From Marinicella sp. (lineage in GTDB: Bacteria > Pseudomonadota > Gammaproteobacteria > Xanthomonadales > Marinicellaceae): a stretch of 64,000 nucleotides of DNA. This document shows positions 20,238 to 29,476 of the stretch, piece by piece. The stretch's first letter is position 1, and each line of letters begins with the position of its first letter. A model generated the notes under the pieces. It had not been told where the DNA came from. It did not search any database and saw only the letters and a program-made list of their open reading frames with translations. The stretch spans positions 2,304,001 through 2,368,000 of the forward strand of contig OZ246001.1 of the NCBI GenBank assembly GCA_965230295.1. Direction: 5' to 3'. Position numbers and translations under genes: made by a program.

Positions 20238-21956
20238 ATGAAAAATAACGACAACAAGCCCTTGCTCCAAATACAGGATTTATCCGTCACCTTCAATACC
20301 GATGGTCAAGTTGTACAGGCGGTTGATCAACTCAGTTTTGATATCAGCAAAGGACAAACCATCGGCTTGGTCGGTGAAAGTGGTTCAGGCAAATCGGTCA
20401 CAGCTTTATCAATTCTGGGTTTGATACCTCAGCCGCCAGGCAAGATTGCCGGCGGGCGAATTCTGTTCGAAGGCCAAGACTTGATATCCATGCCTGAGAA
20501 AAATTTGCGCCGCATTCGGGGCAATGACATTTCTATGGTGTTTCAAGAACCCATGACTTCTTTGAATCCTGTTTTCAGGGTTGGGTACCAAATTTCAGAA
20601 GTGTTGCGCTTACACCTGAAGTTGAACAGAAAACAAGCCATGCAGCGCACCATTGAGCTGCTGGACTGGGTCGGTATCCCGGAACCACACAGGCGAGTGC
20701 GGGCCTATCCTCATGAGTTGTCGGGCGGACAGAAACAACGGGTGATGATTGCCATGGCCATCGCTTGTGAACCCAAGTTGTTGATTTGTGATGAGCCCAC
20801 CACTGCGTTGGATGTTACGATTCAAAAACAAGTGCTTGAGCTGTTGCAGCAATTACAAAAAGACCTGGACATGAGCATGTTGTTCATCACCCATGATTTG
20901 GCGGTCATTGCTGATCTGGCCGATGAAGTGGTGGTCATGTACCGCAGTCAAAAGGTTGAACAGGCAGCCACTTCAGCCATTTTTAAAAATGCCCAGCACC
21001 CTTACAGCAAAGGTTTGTTGGCCTGTCGGCCACAATTGCATGACAACCCCAAGCGCTTGTTGACAGTGGCCGATTTCATGTCCCCGACTGGTGAAGAAAT
21101 CACACCCAGTGAGGCACAAAGGGCGCCGCAGCAGAAAGCAGATAAGTCAGCAAACCCGGTATTGGTCGAAGTCAATGACCTGAAAACCTACTTTCCCATC
21201 AAGTCTGGATTCTTTGGCCGCACCAAAGACCATGTCAAAGCCGTTGATGGGGTCAGTTTTGCGGTCAAAAAAGGTGAGACATTGGGTTTGGTGGGTGAAT
21301 CAGGTTGCGGCAAGACCACCCTGGGTCGCACCCTGCTGCGATTACAAGCAGCCACCAGTGGTTCGGTCAGTTATGATGGGATTGAAGTATTTGAGCAAAA
21401 TGCGCAACAAATGAGGGCATTGCGATCACGCATGCAAATCATATTTCAAGACCCTTATGCATCCTTGAACCCGCGCATGACCATAGGCCAGGCCATTTTG
21501 GAACCTTTGAAAATCCATCGACCCGGCGACAGCCAATCGCAGCGGTGGGAGCGGGTGGTTGAACTGATCAAGCAAGTGGATTTGAACCCGGATCAATTGA
21601 ATCGATTTCCGCATGAGTTTTCTGGTGGACAACGCCAACGCATTTCGATAGCCCGGGCTTTGGCGGTCGATCCTGAATTCATCGTTTGTGATGAATCGGT
21701 TTCGGCATTGGATGTTTCGGTCCAAGCGCAGGTGTTGAACCTGTTGTTGGATTTGCAGGAACAGCGGGATTTGACCTATATCTTCATCTCTCATGACTTG
21801 TCGGTGGTTAACTTCATTGCTGATCGGGTGGGGGTGATGAACCAAGGTCAAATTGTGGAACTGAACACCGCCGAAGCAATCTACCGCAACCCACAAAACC
21901 CATACACCCAAAAGCTGTTGGATGCGATTCCCAAAGGTGAGCCAAAAGTCAATTAA
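20238..21956 (+). CDS. Fused (two-ATPase) oligopeptide ABC transporter ATP-binding protein
   Basis: Two Walker A motifs ([16 protein letters not shown]) and two signatures (LSGGQ, FSGGQ). Confidence 0.92.
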   Translation: MKNNDNKPLLQIQDLSVTFNTDGQVVQAVDQLSFDISKGQTIGLVGESGSGKSVTALSILGLIPQPPGKIAGGRILFEGQDLISMPEKNLRRIRGNDISMVFQEPMTSLNPVFRVGYQISEVLRLHLKLNRKQAMQRTIELLDWVGIPEPHRRVRAYPHELSGGQKQRVMIAMAIACEPKLLICDEPTTALDVTIQKQVLELLQQLQKDLDMSMLFITHDLAVIADLADEVVVMYRSQKVEQAATSAIFKNAQHPYSKGLLACRPQLHDNPKRLLTVADFMSPTGEEITPSEAQRAPQQKADKSANPVLVEVNDLKTYFPIKSGFFGRTKDHVKAVDGVSFAVKKGETLGLVGESGCGKTTLGRTLLRLQAATSGSVSYDGIEVFEQNAQQMRALRSRMQIIFQDPYASLNPRMTIGQAILEPLKIHRPGDSQSQRWERVVELIKQVDLNPDQLNRFPHEFSGGQRQRISIARALAVDPEFIVCDESVSALDVSVQAQVLNLLLDLQEQRDLTYIFISHDLSVVNFIADRVGVMNQGQIVELNTAEAIYRNPQNPYTQKLLDAIPKGEPKVN

Positions 21957-22067
21957 TAAGAGCGTTCTATTTATTAACAAACGTTGCCATCATCCTGATG
22001 CGGATTCTAAGGGTCTCCGAAAGGTTTTTTAAGAGGCAGTTTTGTTTTATTGATGTAAAATTAAACA

Positions 22068-22676
22068 ATGAAAAACTTAATTGTAATTATCGTTATAGCT
22101 GCCACATTTTTTGCGACGAAGTACTTCATGGCAGAGTCAGAGAAAGAAGAAGCGTTTAAGAATGCCAATGCGGAAATAGATGCCATCCGATCCGATGTGC
22201 GAAAAAATCAGCCTGATGAACCTGAGGTTTTGGCAATGCATGAGGCTGCTTCGAAGAAAATGATAGATAATATTAACGCCAAAGGCACAGCAAAAGAAAA
22301 ACAAAAAACCGCTGCTGGTTCATTCCTTGGGTATTACTTAGTCAATTACCGCCAGCGTGCTGAATATTGTAAAAATTTAGGTGTTGATATTAAGCCATTT
22401 ATTGATGTATTTAAGGCTTTACATGAAGCTGAATACGCGGTAGCGGTAAAGGCAGTAGCAGCGACACCTGAAAATGTTGATGAATTGTTTGTTGGTTTAC
22501 AACCGCAATTCGTTACTGTAATTGAACAAGACATGGCGTATATTGCCAACGAAAATGGCGTTTCTTTGGCAGAAGCCTGCCGTTTAATTTCAGACCATGC
22601 TGATATATTGGTGCCTGATATGCATATTGCACTGACTCAGCCAGCAGTTCATCAAGCTTTGATGGCTGGTGAGTGA
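22068..22676 (+). CDS. Hypothetical exported/membrane-anchored protein
   Basis: 202-aa ORF, N-terminal hydrophobic helix, two Cys; no family recognised. Confidence 0.7.
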   Translation: MKNLIVIIVIAATFFATKYFMAESEKEEAFKNANAEIDAIRSDVRKNQPDEPEVLAMHEAASKKMIDNINAKGTAKEKQKTAAGSFLGYYLVNYRQRAEYCKNLGVDIKPFIDVFKALHEAEYAVAVKAVAATPENVDELFVGLQPQFVTVIEQDMAYIANENGVSLAEACRLISDHADILVPDMHIALTQPAVHQALMAGE

Positions 22677-23190
22677 ACATCAGTTGATGAAGTTGATCAA
22701 ACCGACCATTGACCACCAAGACAGCTACCTGTCTTACATCGAAGAACTGGGCGAAGAAGAACGTTACCCTTTTCCACTGGATTTTGATCACAGTGATTTT
22801 TCAGCCTGGCTCAAGCGCGTGGCTGAATTTGAACAAGGGATTGAATTGCCATTGGGTTATGTGCCGAGCTCAACCTATTTTATGGTGAAAGATGGTGAAA
22901 TTTTAGGCGTCTCCAACTTGCGTCATGTAATGAATGATGCCTTGCTTGAAGCGGGTGGACACATCGGCTTGAGCACCCGACCCAGTCTGCGAGGACAAGG
23001 TTTGGGCATTGAACTGCTACAACTGACCTTGACTGAAGCCAACCAACTGGACATCAACGAAGTGCACATCCATTGTTATCATGACAATCCTGCTTCTGCC
23101 AAAATGATCGAAGCCTGTGGCGGGGTGTTGGATTCTGAATTCAAACCCGATGATGGGCCTGTGGTGCTGCGGTATGTGATTCGGCAGTAA
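22669..23190 (+). CDS. GNAT family N-acetyltransferase
   Basis: GGHIG...RPSLRGQGLG, N.ASAKMIEACGG. Confidence 0.88.
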   Translation: MSEHQLMKLIKPTIDHQDSYLSYIEELGEEERYPFPLDFDHSDFSAWLKRVAEFEQGIELPLGYVPSSTYFMVKDGEILGVSNLRHVMNDALLEAGGHIGLSTRPSLRGQGLGIELLQLTLTEANQLDINEVHIHCYHDNPASAKMIEACGGVLDSEFKPDDGPVVLRYVIRQ

Positions 23191-23209
23191 TTGCAGTGAT
23201 TTCTAATCA

Positions 23210-23403
23210 TGTCATTGCCACGGCGTTTCACGCCTCGCAATGACATCCTTTTCTACCATCATCCTCGGGCTTCCTTAAGGGACCTACTTTTGGTGACCCG
23301 GGGATCCATTGAGAGAACATTGCGTGATGATTTCACAATGGTATAAGACGCTTTGCGTGTTTGCTTCGCAAACTGGATCCCGGACCAAGTCCGGGATGAC
23401 GAC
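23210..23403. repeat. REP/RPE-like palindromes (GTCATTGC...GCAATGAC and ATCC..GGATCCA / TGGATCCCGG..GATGAC)
   Basis: tgtcattgcc...cctcgcaatgaca (23210-23245); catcctcggg...cccggggatcca (to 23308) facing tggatcccggaccaagtccgggatgac (23374-23400). Confidence 0.8.
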
Positions 23404-23465
23404 TTCTTAGAGCCATCTAAATTTTGGATCGATTCAAAAAAATCACCCTCATTACAAAAAAACAT

Positions 23466-23495
23466 TTGCCACTTTTGAAAAAAGCGTGTTACATT
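23466..23495 (+). promoter_or_regulatory. Putative sigma70 promoter of the arg leader/operon
   Basis: TTGCCA-N18-TACATT with an extended TG, 25 bp before the leader ATG. Confidence 0.45.
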
Positions 23496-23520
23496 ACGAG
23501 CAAATCACTACTTAAGACAT

Positions 23521-23628
23521 ATGCAACAACCAACCAACAACTTGTTTAAATCAAACAGCTCATTGCCAAACAGCAATGCAGTGGTTGTTCGTCGTCGCCG
23601 TATTCAGGACATAGGTGTTCTTTGGTAG
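23521..23628 (+). CDS. Arginine operon leader peptide (35 aa, MQQPTNNLFKSNSSLPNSNAVVVRRRRIQDIGVLW)
   Basis: Short ORF with cgt-cgt-cgc-cgt at 23590-23601 (its only Arg codons), directly upstream of a terminator and the arg biosynthetic genes. Confidence 0.8.
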   Translation: MQQPTNNLFKSNSSLPNSNAVVVRRRRIQDIGVLW

Positions 23629-23656
23629 GCGTGTGATTAAGTAAAAACTAAATTCG

Positions 23657-23685
23657 AAAACCCGGCCAAAGAGCCGGGTTTTTTT
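23657..23685 (+). terminator. Attenuator terminator of the arg leader
   Basis: aaaacccggc-caaaga-gccgggttttttt between the leader stop and the argF' start; alternative pairing with gttctttggt (23617-23626). Confidence 0.88.
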
Positions 23686-23734
23686 ATACCCCGCTTTTTG
23701 GCTTTATTAAGAGACCTCATGAGAGGAATGAACC

Positions 23735-24754
23735 ATGATAAAGCATTTTATAAGCACCGAAGACTGGACCCAGACCGAACTCGAGTCGTTACTCGATGTG
23801 GCTGGCTACCTGAAACAACACCCGATTCACAATCACCTGGCCGGCAAGTCGATTGCTTTGCTGTTCCTCAACCCTTCGATGCGTACCCGAACTTCTTTTG
23901 AACTGGGTATGCAACAACTCGGTGGTATGGCCATTGTGCTGCAACCTGGTCAGGATGCCTGGGGCATAGAGTTCGAGCCCGGTGTCGTCATGGATGGCAC
24001 TGCCGAGGAACACATCAAAGAAGTGGCCGGTGTGTTGTCTTCGTATGTCGACATGATTGCTATCAGGGCTTTTCCTGCTTTCCAGGATTGGTCCAAAGAC
24101 AAGCTCGACCACCAGATAAAAGGCCTGGCGGCTCATGCCTCGGTACCAGTGATCAACATGGAAACCATCGTGCATCCTTGTCAGGAGTTGGCCTTGATGA
24201 TGACCATCAAGAAACATCTGGGCAACCCAGCCAAAAAGAAATTCGTCCTGACCTGGACCTACCACCCCAAACCATTGAACACCGCGGTGGCCAATTCTGC
24301 CTTGTTGATCAGCAGCAAATTCGGTATGGACGTAACCTTGTTGTGTCCCAATGAGCATTACCTGCTGGATTCCCATTACCTGGATGTGGCCCAAGCTCAG
24401 TGTCAGGCCCATGGCAGTGATTTTCAGGTCACCCATGACATCGAAGCCGCTTATTCAGGCGCGGATTATGTCTACGCCAAGAGCTGGGGGGCTTTGCCGT
24501 TTTATGGAGATCCAGTCGCTGAATTTGAACAGCGCAAACAGTACCAGCATTTCATTGTGGATGGCGCCAAGATGGCCATGACCAACCAGGCCAGGTTCAG
24601 CCATTGTTTGCCCTTGCGCAGAAACATCAAAGCCACCGACGAGGTGATGGATGCCGATTACTGCGTGGCCTTGGAAGAAGCCGAAAACCGACTGCATGTG
24701 CAAAAAGCGTTGATGCTTAGGCTCATGAACAAAGAATTACAGACAACAGATTAA
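23735..24754 (+). CDS. argF: N-acetylornithine carbamoyltransferase (ArgF', Xanthomonas type)
   Basis: SMRTRTSF, HPCQ, LTWTYHPKPLNTAV, HCLPLRRN. Confidence 0.93.
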   Translation: MIKHFISTEDWTQTELESLLDVAGYLKQHPIHNHLAGKSIALLFLNPSMRTRTSFELGMQQLGGMAIVLQPGQDAWGIEFEPGVVMDGTAEEHIKEVAGVLSSYVDMIAIRAFPAFQDWSKDKLDHQIKGLAAHASVPVINMETIVHPCQELALMMTIKKHLGNPAKKKFVLTWTYHPKPLNTAVANSALLISSKFGMDVTLLCPNEHYLLDSHYLDVAQAQCQAHGSDFQVTHDIEAAYSGADYVYAKSWGALPFYGDPVAEFEQRKQYQHFIVDGAKMAMTNQARFSHCLPLRRNIKATDEVMDADYCVALEEAENRLHVQKALMLRLMNKELQTTD

Positions 24755-24764
24755 GGAATTTAAC

Positions 24765-25967
24765 ATGAAAAATAAAACCATTGTTTTGGCATTCTCAGGT
24801 GGGCTAGATACCAGTTTTTGCCTGCATCAACTGACCCAACAAGGCCATCAAGTACACACCGTGTTTGTCAATGCCGGCGGCATCACGTCCGAAGGCATAC
24901 AAGCCATCGAGCAACACGCCATGGCCCTGGGCAGCTACCAACACCACACCATCAATGCACAACAAGCGATTTGGGATGAATTTGTCAAACCACTGATCTG
25001 GTCCAAAGCCAAGATGCGTGGTGAATACCCACTGCTGTGTTCAGACCGTTATGTGATCGTCAAGTTATGTTTACAGCTGTGCGATCAGTTGAACACACCG
25101 TATTTTGCCCACGGTTGTACTGCCATGGGTAATGATCAGTTCCGCTTCGATCAAACCGTACACTCGTTGGGTGACTACCAAATCATCGCCCCGATCAGGG
25201 ATTTACAAGCCCAAGTCAGTGGCAACATCCGAGACCATGAACTGCAGGTGTTGAAACAAGCTGGCTTCGATATGGCCGGTCAGCATGAAAAGTACTCGAT
25301 CAATGAAAACATGCTTGGTGTGACCGTTTCCGGCAGTGAGATCGATCAGTTCCAGGCGCCGACCGAGGACAGCCTGTGTTGGGTCAAACCCAAATCAAGC
25401 TGGCCAGAACAAGCCCTGGAATTGCAACTGACCTTCAACGGTGGGGTCGCCACCCATTTGAACGGCAAAGCCATGGCCGGCCCAGACATGTTGCATGTCT
25501 TGAACACCCAATTGGCCGCTTATGGCATCGGCAGACACATTTACACCGGTGATGTCAGCATTGGCTTGAAAGGCAGGATCGCTTTTGAGTGCCCTGGCAT
25601 CGATGGGTTGATGCAAGCGCACAAAGCCCTGGAAGATTTGGTCAATTCGAAGCTACAAAATCAATTCAGGGCCCAAGTGGCAGAAAGGTGGGGAGAATTG
25701 GTGTATCAAGGTTTCTTTTATGAACCACACAAAGCCGACCTGGAAGCCTATTTGGCCAGTTCACAATCCCATGTGACCGGTACAGTGACTTTGAGTACCG
25801 CTGGCGGTGCATTGTTGGCCACCGCCGTCGATTCACCTTTTATCATCCAGGACCAAGCTTCGATCTATGCCCAATCCTGTGATTGGTCGCCGGCCGAAGC
25901 TTTGGGCTTCATCAAATTAACCGGCCAAAGTGCCACACTCGTCAACCACGTCAGGAGGGCCTCATGA
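24765..25967 (+). CDS. argG: Argininosuccinate synthase
   Basis: AFSGGLDTS, AHGCTAMGNDQFRF, YSINEN, GLKGR..FECPG. Confidence 0.93.
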   Translation: MKNKTIVLAFSGGLDTSFCLHQLTQQGHQVHTVFVNAGGITSEGIQAIEQHAMALGSYQHHTINAQQAIWDEFVKPLIWSKAKMRGEYPLLCSDRYVIVKLCLQLCDQLNTPYFAHGCTAMGNDQFRFDQTVHSLGDYQIIAPIRDLQAQVSGNIRDHELQVLKQAGFDMAGQHEKYSINENMLGVTVSGSEIDQFQAPTEDSLCWVKPKSSWPEQALELQLTFNGGVATHLNGKAMAGPDMLHVLNTQLAAYGIGRHIYTGDVSIGLKGRIAFECPGIDGLMQAHKALEDLVNSKLQNQFRAQVAERWGELVYQGFFYEPHKADLEAYLASSQSHVTGTVTLSTAGGALLATAVDSPFIIQDQASIYAQSCDWSPAEALGFIKLTGQSATLVNHVRRAS

Positions 25968-27094
25968 ACCAGCAAGCCTCAGCAGTCGCACTGCCAACGA
26001 AACACAGCGAAGCCGCAGCGGCGGAATGGACCTTGATCAAACAGCATTTGAGTTTTTTGATCGCACAAGACACCTGTAACCCGCCCAGGCAGATCAAGTT
26101 CACCGACCCCATTTTTGTGGGTTTAGAAGCGTTCTTTAAAGCCCAACAATTTACCGTCACCATGGCAGATTTTGGTGACGGGCATGTGGCCTTTTATGCT
26201 GTCAGGGGTGCATCCGACATCCTGTTCAATGTGCACCTGGACACCGTACCCGTCTCAGAGGGTTGGTCCAGTGATCCCTTCCAATTAACCGAAGCCGGCG
26301 GCAAAGTCTATGGCAGGGGCGTCTGTGACATCAAAGGCGCAGCGGCCTGTTTGATGGCCCTGGCCGAAAACACCAGCCATGACATGGCGGTGTTGTTCAC
26401 CACCGATGAAGAAGGTATGAACAGTTGTTGTATCCAAAACTACATTGATGGCCATGACCTGTCTGTTTACCAGCAGGTGGTGGTGGCTGAACCCACCGAT
26501 TGCCAGGCGGTGTTGGAACACCGTGGTTATGTGTCTGCCCATGGTCATTTCCACGGCCAAAGTGGTCATTCATCCTCGGTCAATGCGTTGACCGGTAACG
26601 CCGTTCACCAAGCGAATTGTTGGCTCCACCATGCCATCTCATTGGCAGCCAATGAAAAGACGGCCAGCAATCCACCCGGCATTTGTTTTAACCTGGGCTA
26701 CATCAAAGGCGGTGAGAAAAACAACATGATCGCCGAAAGCTGTCAGTTGGGTTTCAGTGTCAGGGTGCCAGCTGGTACTTCATCGATGGGCACATACAAG
26801 GCTTTGATTAAGGCAACAGATAACCAAGCTGAATGGCACTGGACCATGATGGCTCCGGCGCTGCCTGAACAGCCTGAAAGTAAACTGGCAGCGGCCGCCT
26901 TTTGCCAACAACATGACTTACCCGTCGGCGCACCGGTTGATTTCTGGACCGAAGCGGCTTTGTTTGCGGCCGCTGGGGTGCCTGCTTTGGTGTTGGGACC
27001 TGGTGACATTGCCCAAGCCCACACCGTGGATGAATGGGTGGCGATTGAGCAACTGACCACCTGTTATCAGTTGTATGAGGGCCTGCTGTCATGA
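25964..27094 (+). CDS. argE: Acetylornithine/acetylcitrulline deacetylase (M20)
   Basis: HLDTVP, GRGVCDIKG, DEE, AEPT, AHTVDE; ATG at 25964 overlaps the argG stop. Confidence 0.9.
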   Translation: MNQQASAVALPTKHSEAAAAEWTLIKQHLSFLIAQDTCNPPRQIKFTDPIFVGLEAFFKAQQFTVTMADFGDGHVAFYAVRGASDILFNVHLDTVPVSEGWSSDPFQLTEAGGKVYGRGVCDIKGAAACLMALAENTSHDMAVLFTTDEEGMNSCCIQNYIDGHDLSVYQQVVVAEPTDCQAVLEHRGYVSAHGHFHGQSGHSSSVNALTGNAVHQANCWLHHAISLAANEKTASNPPGICFNLGYIKGGEKNNMIAESCQLGFSVRVPAGTSSMGTYKALIKATDNQAEWHWTMMAPALPEQPESKLAAAAFCQQHDLPVGAPVDFWTEAALFAAAGVPALVLGPGDIAQAHTVDEWVAIEQLTTCYQLYEGLLS

Positions 27095-28461
27095 ATGCCT
27101 TGAAAACCATGCCGCATGGTCTGATCCAAAGTGCTTTGCAGTCGTTGACCAACAGCCAAGAAGCCAAGCACTACTTGACCCGTTTTCACAACAACGAACT
27201 GCGTTTTGCGGTGGTCAAAGTCGGTGGCGGTACCTTGGCCAATGAGTTGGCTGAATTGACCCAATCCTTGGCCTTACTGGCGCATTTGGGTTTGACGCCT
27301 ATTATCATCCACGGTGCTGGGATTCAATTGGACCAAGCGATTGATCAGGCCGGTATCACCACCATCAAAAAAGATGGTTTAAGGGTCACCGATGCGGCCA
27401 CCATGCAGGTGGTCAGGCCGGTGATGTATGAAGTCAACCAACAACTGGTCGCAGCTCTAGAAGCCCAAGGGGTGCGAGCCACCGGTGTGGTGCATGGGGT
27501 GTTTGAATGTGATTACCTGGACCAAGATCAATATGGTTTGGTTGGTGAGGTTAAAAACATCCACCTCTCACCCATCAAGCAGGCATTACAAATGGGCCAT
27601 GTGCCAGTACTCAGTTGTTTGGGCGAAACCGCCAGTGGTCAGGTGGTGAATATCAACGCCGACATCGCCACCCGTGAGTTGGTGTGGCAGATCAACCCAC
27701 ACAAGATCATCTTTGTCACGCCCACCGGCGGTCTGTTGGACCAAGATCAGCAGATCATCTCGGCCATCCATTTGCACAACAGCTACGACCAGCTGATGCA
27801 AGCAGACTGGTTACACTCAGGGATGAAACTGAAACTGGAACAGATCAAACAAATGCTCGAGCCGATGGACTCTGGTCATTCGGTGTCGATCACCTCCAGT
27901 CAGAACCTGACCCGTGAACTGTTCACCCACCAAGGGGCTGGTACTTATATCAACATGGGTGAACAGATCCATGCGCATGATGCCTTGAATCCGGCCTTGG
28001 AAGCTGAGCTGATGGCTTTGTTTGAACACAGTTTTGGGCAACAATTCCAAGCGGGGTTTTTACAGTCGTTGCCGATCAAGGCCATTTACCTGGCTGAATC
28101 GGGTAGAGCAGCGGCCTTGGTGACCGAAGGGTTCCGTGGCCATGCCTACCTGCATAAATTCGCGGTGACACCGGCAGCCCAAGGGGAGGGCTTGGCCAGT
28201 GCCTTGTGGCGCACCATCAAGCAAAACCACCCGCAGATGTATTGGCGTTCCAGACAGAGCAACGCCATCAACGGCTGGTATTTCAAACAAGCCGAATGCG
28301 CGATCAAGGCGCCCGCGGCAGCCGGTGCCTGGGTCGGTTTTGCCTGTGGCTTGTTCCCGGCCGAAGCCATGACCTGCATGCACCATGCCTTCACCGAAGA
28401 TTCGGGCTGGCAGTCAACGGTTGTTGATGAACTTGAAATCAGGGAGCAGAAACATGCCTAA
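27091..28461 (+). CDS. argB: Acetylglutamate kinase with C-terminal NAT (DUF619) domain, Xanthomonas-type bifunctional NAGS/K
   Basis: VVKVGG, HGAG, GLRVTD, NINAD; C-terminal YLHKFAV...AQGEGL, WRSR..N.IN.WY. Confidence 0.9.
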   Translation: MNALKTMPHGLIQSALQSLTNSQEAKHYLTRFHNNELRFAVVKVGGGTLANELAELTQSLALLAHLGLTPIIIHGAGIQLDQAIDQAGITTIKKDGLRVTDAATMQVVRPVMYEVNQQLVAALEAQGVRATGVVHGVFECDYLDQDQYGLVGEVKNIHLSPIKQALQMGHVPVLSCLGETASGQVVNINADIATRELVWQINPHKIIFVTPTGGLLDQDQQIISAIHLHNSYDQLMQADWLHSGMKLKLEQIKQMLEPMDSGHSVSITSSQNLTRELFTHQGAGTYINMGEQIHAHDALNPALEAELMALFEHSFGQQFQAGFLQSLPIKAIYLAESGRAAALVTEGFRGHAYLHKFAVTPAAQGEGLASALWRTIKQNHPQMYWRSRQSNAINGWYFKQAECAIKAPAAAGAWVGFACGLFPAEAMTCMHHAFTEDSGWQSTVVDELEIREQKHA

Positions 28462-29476
28462 GTTTGAACATACAGCAGTGATCAAGGCTGCCATTGTTGG
28501 CGCCAGGGGCTATGTCGGGGTGGAACTGATCGGTTTGTTGGATCAACATCCTCAAGTTGAATTGATGGGTGTGTATTCCAGGGCCTATGCCGGACAAACC
28601 GTGCAATCGATGTTACCGAGTTTTTCTGATCCTGAACTGACCTATTCGGTCTGTGAATTTGAGCAGCTGCCGCACATGGATTTGGATGTGTTGTTCTTGG
28701 CTTTGCCTGATGGTGTGGCTAAACAGCATGCCGAGCTGTGGCACCAAATGGCGGCTGAAACTGTGGTCATTGATTTGAGTGCCGATCACCGCTTTGATGA
28801 CCACTGGACCTATGGTCAGTCGGAAACCAACACCGAAGCTTTGGGTCAGGCCCACTTGATCGCCAATCCTGGCTGTTATGCGACCGGCATGCAGTTGGGT
28901 TTGTTGCCTTTGTTGCCGTATTTGGATGATGAACATGATGTGCCGACTGCTTTTGGCATTTCAGGTTACAGTGGTGCGGGCACCAATCCATCGGACAAAA
29001 ACAACCCGGATCGTCTTGCAGATAACATCCTGGCCTACAAACCCACCGGTCACACCCATGAAAAAGAGGTGTCGCATGTGTTGGGACACACCCTGCGTTT
29101 CATGCCACATGTGGCGGCACATTTCCGAGGTATTCATTTGACCTTGTCGGGGAAATTGAACCTGACCTTAACTGCTGAAGAAGTTCAAAAGACCTTTGAG
29201 CAGTTTTACCAACCGCATGCATTGATCGAGGTGCAAAAGGCACCGACTGAAATCCAGCAGGTCTCAGAACAGCACCACGTGGTTATAGGCGGTTTTGCCT
29301 GTTCGGTTTCCGAACCGGGTCATTTTGTCATCAATGTGGCCCTGGATAATTTACTCAAAGGTGCGGCCACCCAGGCTGTGCAAAACATGAACCTGGCTTG
29401 TGCCTCCGAATTTGGCACCAGCTTATTTGATGGAATCAACCATGAAGAACAACCAAAAAGAAAACTTGAAGCATGA
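28454..29476 (+). CDS. argC: N-acetyl-gamma-glutamyl-phosphate reductase
   Basis: GARGYVG, DLSADHRF, ANPGCYAT, SGYSGAG, DNLLKGAATQA. Confidence 0.95.
   Translation: MPKFEHTAVIKAAIVGARGYVGVELIGLLDQHPQVELMGVYSRAYAGQTVQSMLPSFSDPELTYSVCEFEQLPHMDLDVLFLALPDGVAKQHAELWHQMAAETVVIDLSADHRFDDHWTYGQSETNTEALGQAHLIANPGCYATGMQLGLLPLLPYLDDEHDVPTAFGISGYSGAGTNPSDKNNPDRLADNILAYKPTGHTHEKEVSHVLGHTLRFMPHVAAHFRGIHLTLSGKLNLTLTAEEVQKTFEQFYQPHALIEVQKAPTEIQQVSEQHHVVIGGFACSVSEPGHFVINVALDNLLKGAATQAVQNMNLACASEFGTSLFDGINHEEQPKRKLEA

Noticed and set aside
23410-23520. ArgR operator (ARG box)
   Set aside because: No TGAAT-N4-ATTCA-like palindrome seen
23698-23901. 67-aa ORF overlapping the argF' start as an alternative leader
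   Set aside because: It starts downstream of the terminator and overlaps argF' out of frame; the ORF at 23521 fits attenuator geometry
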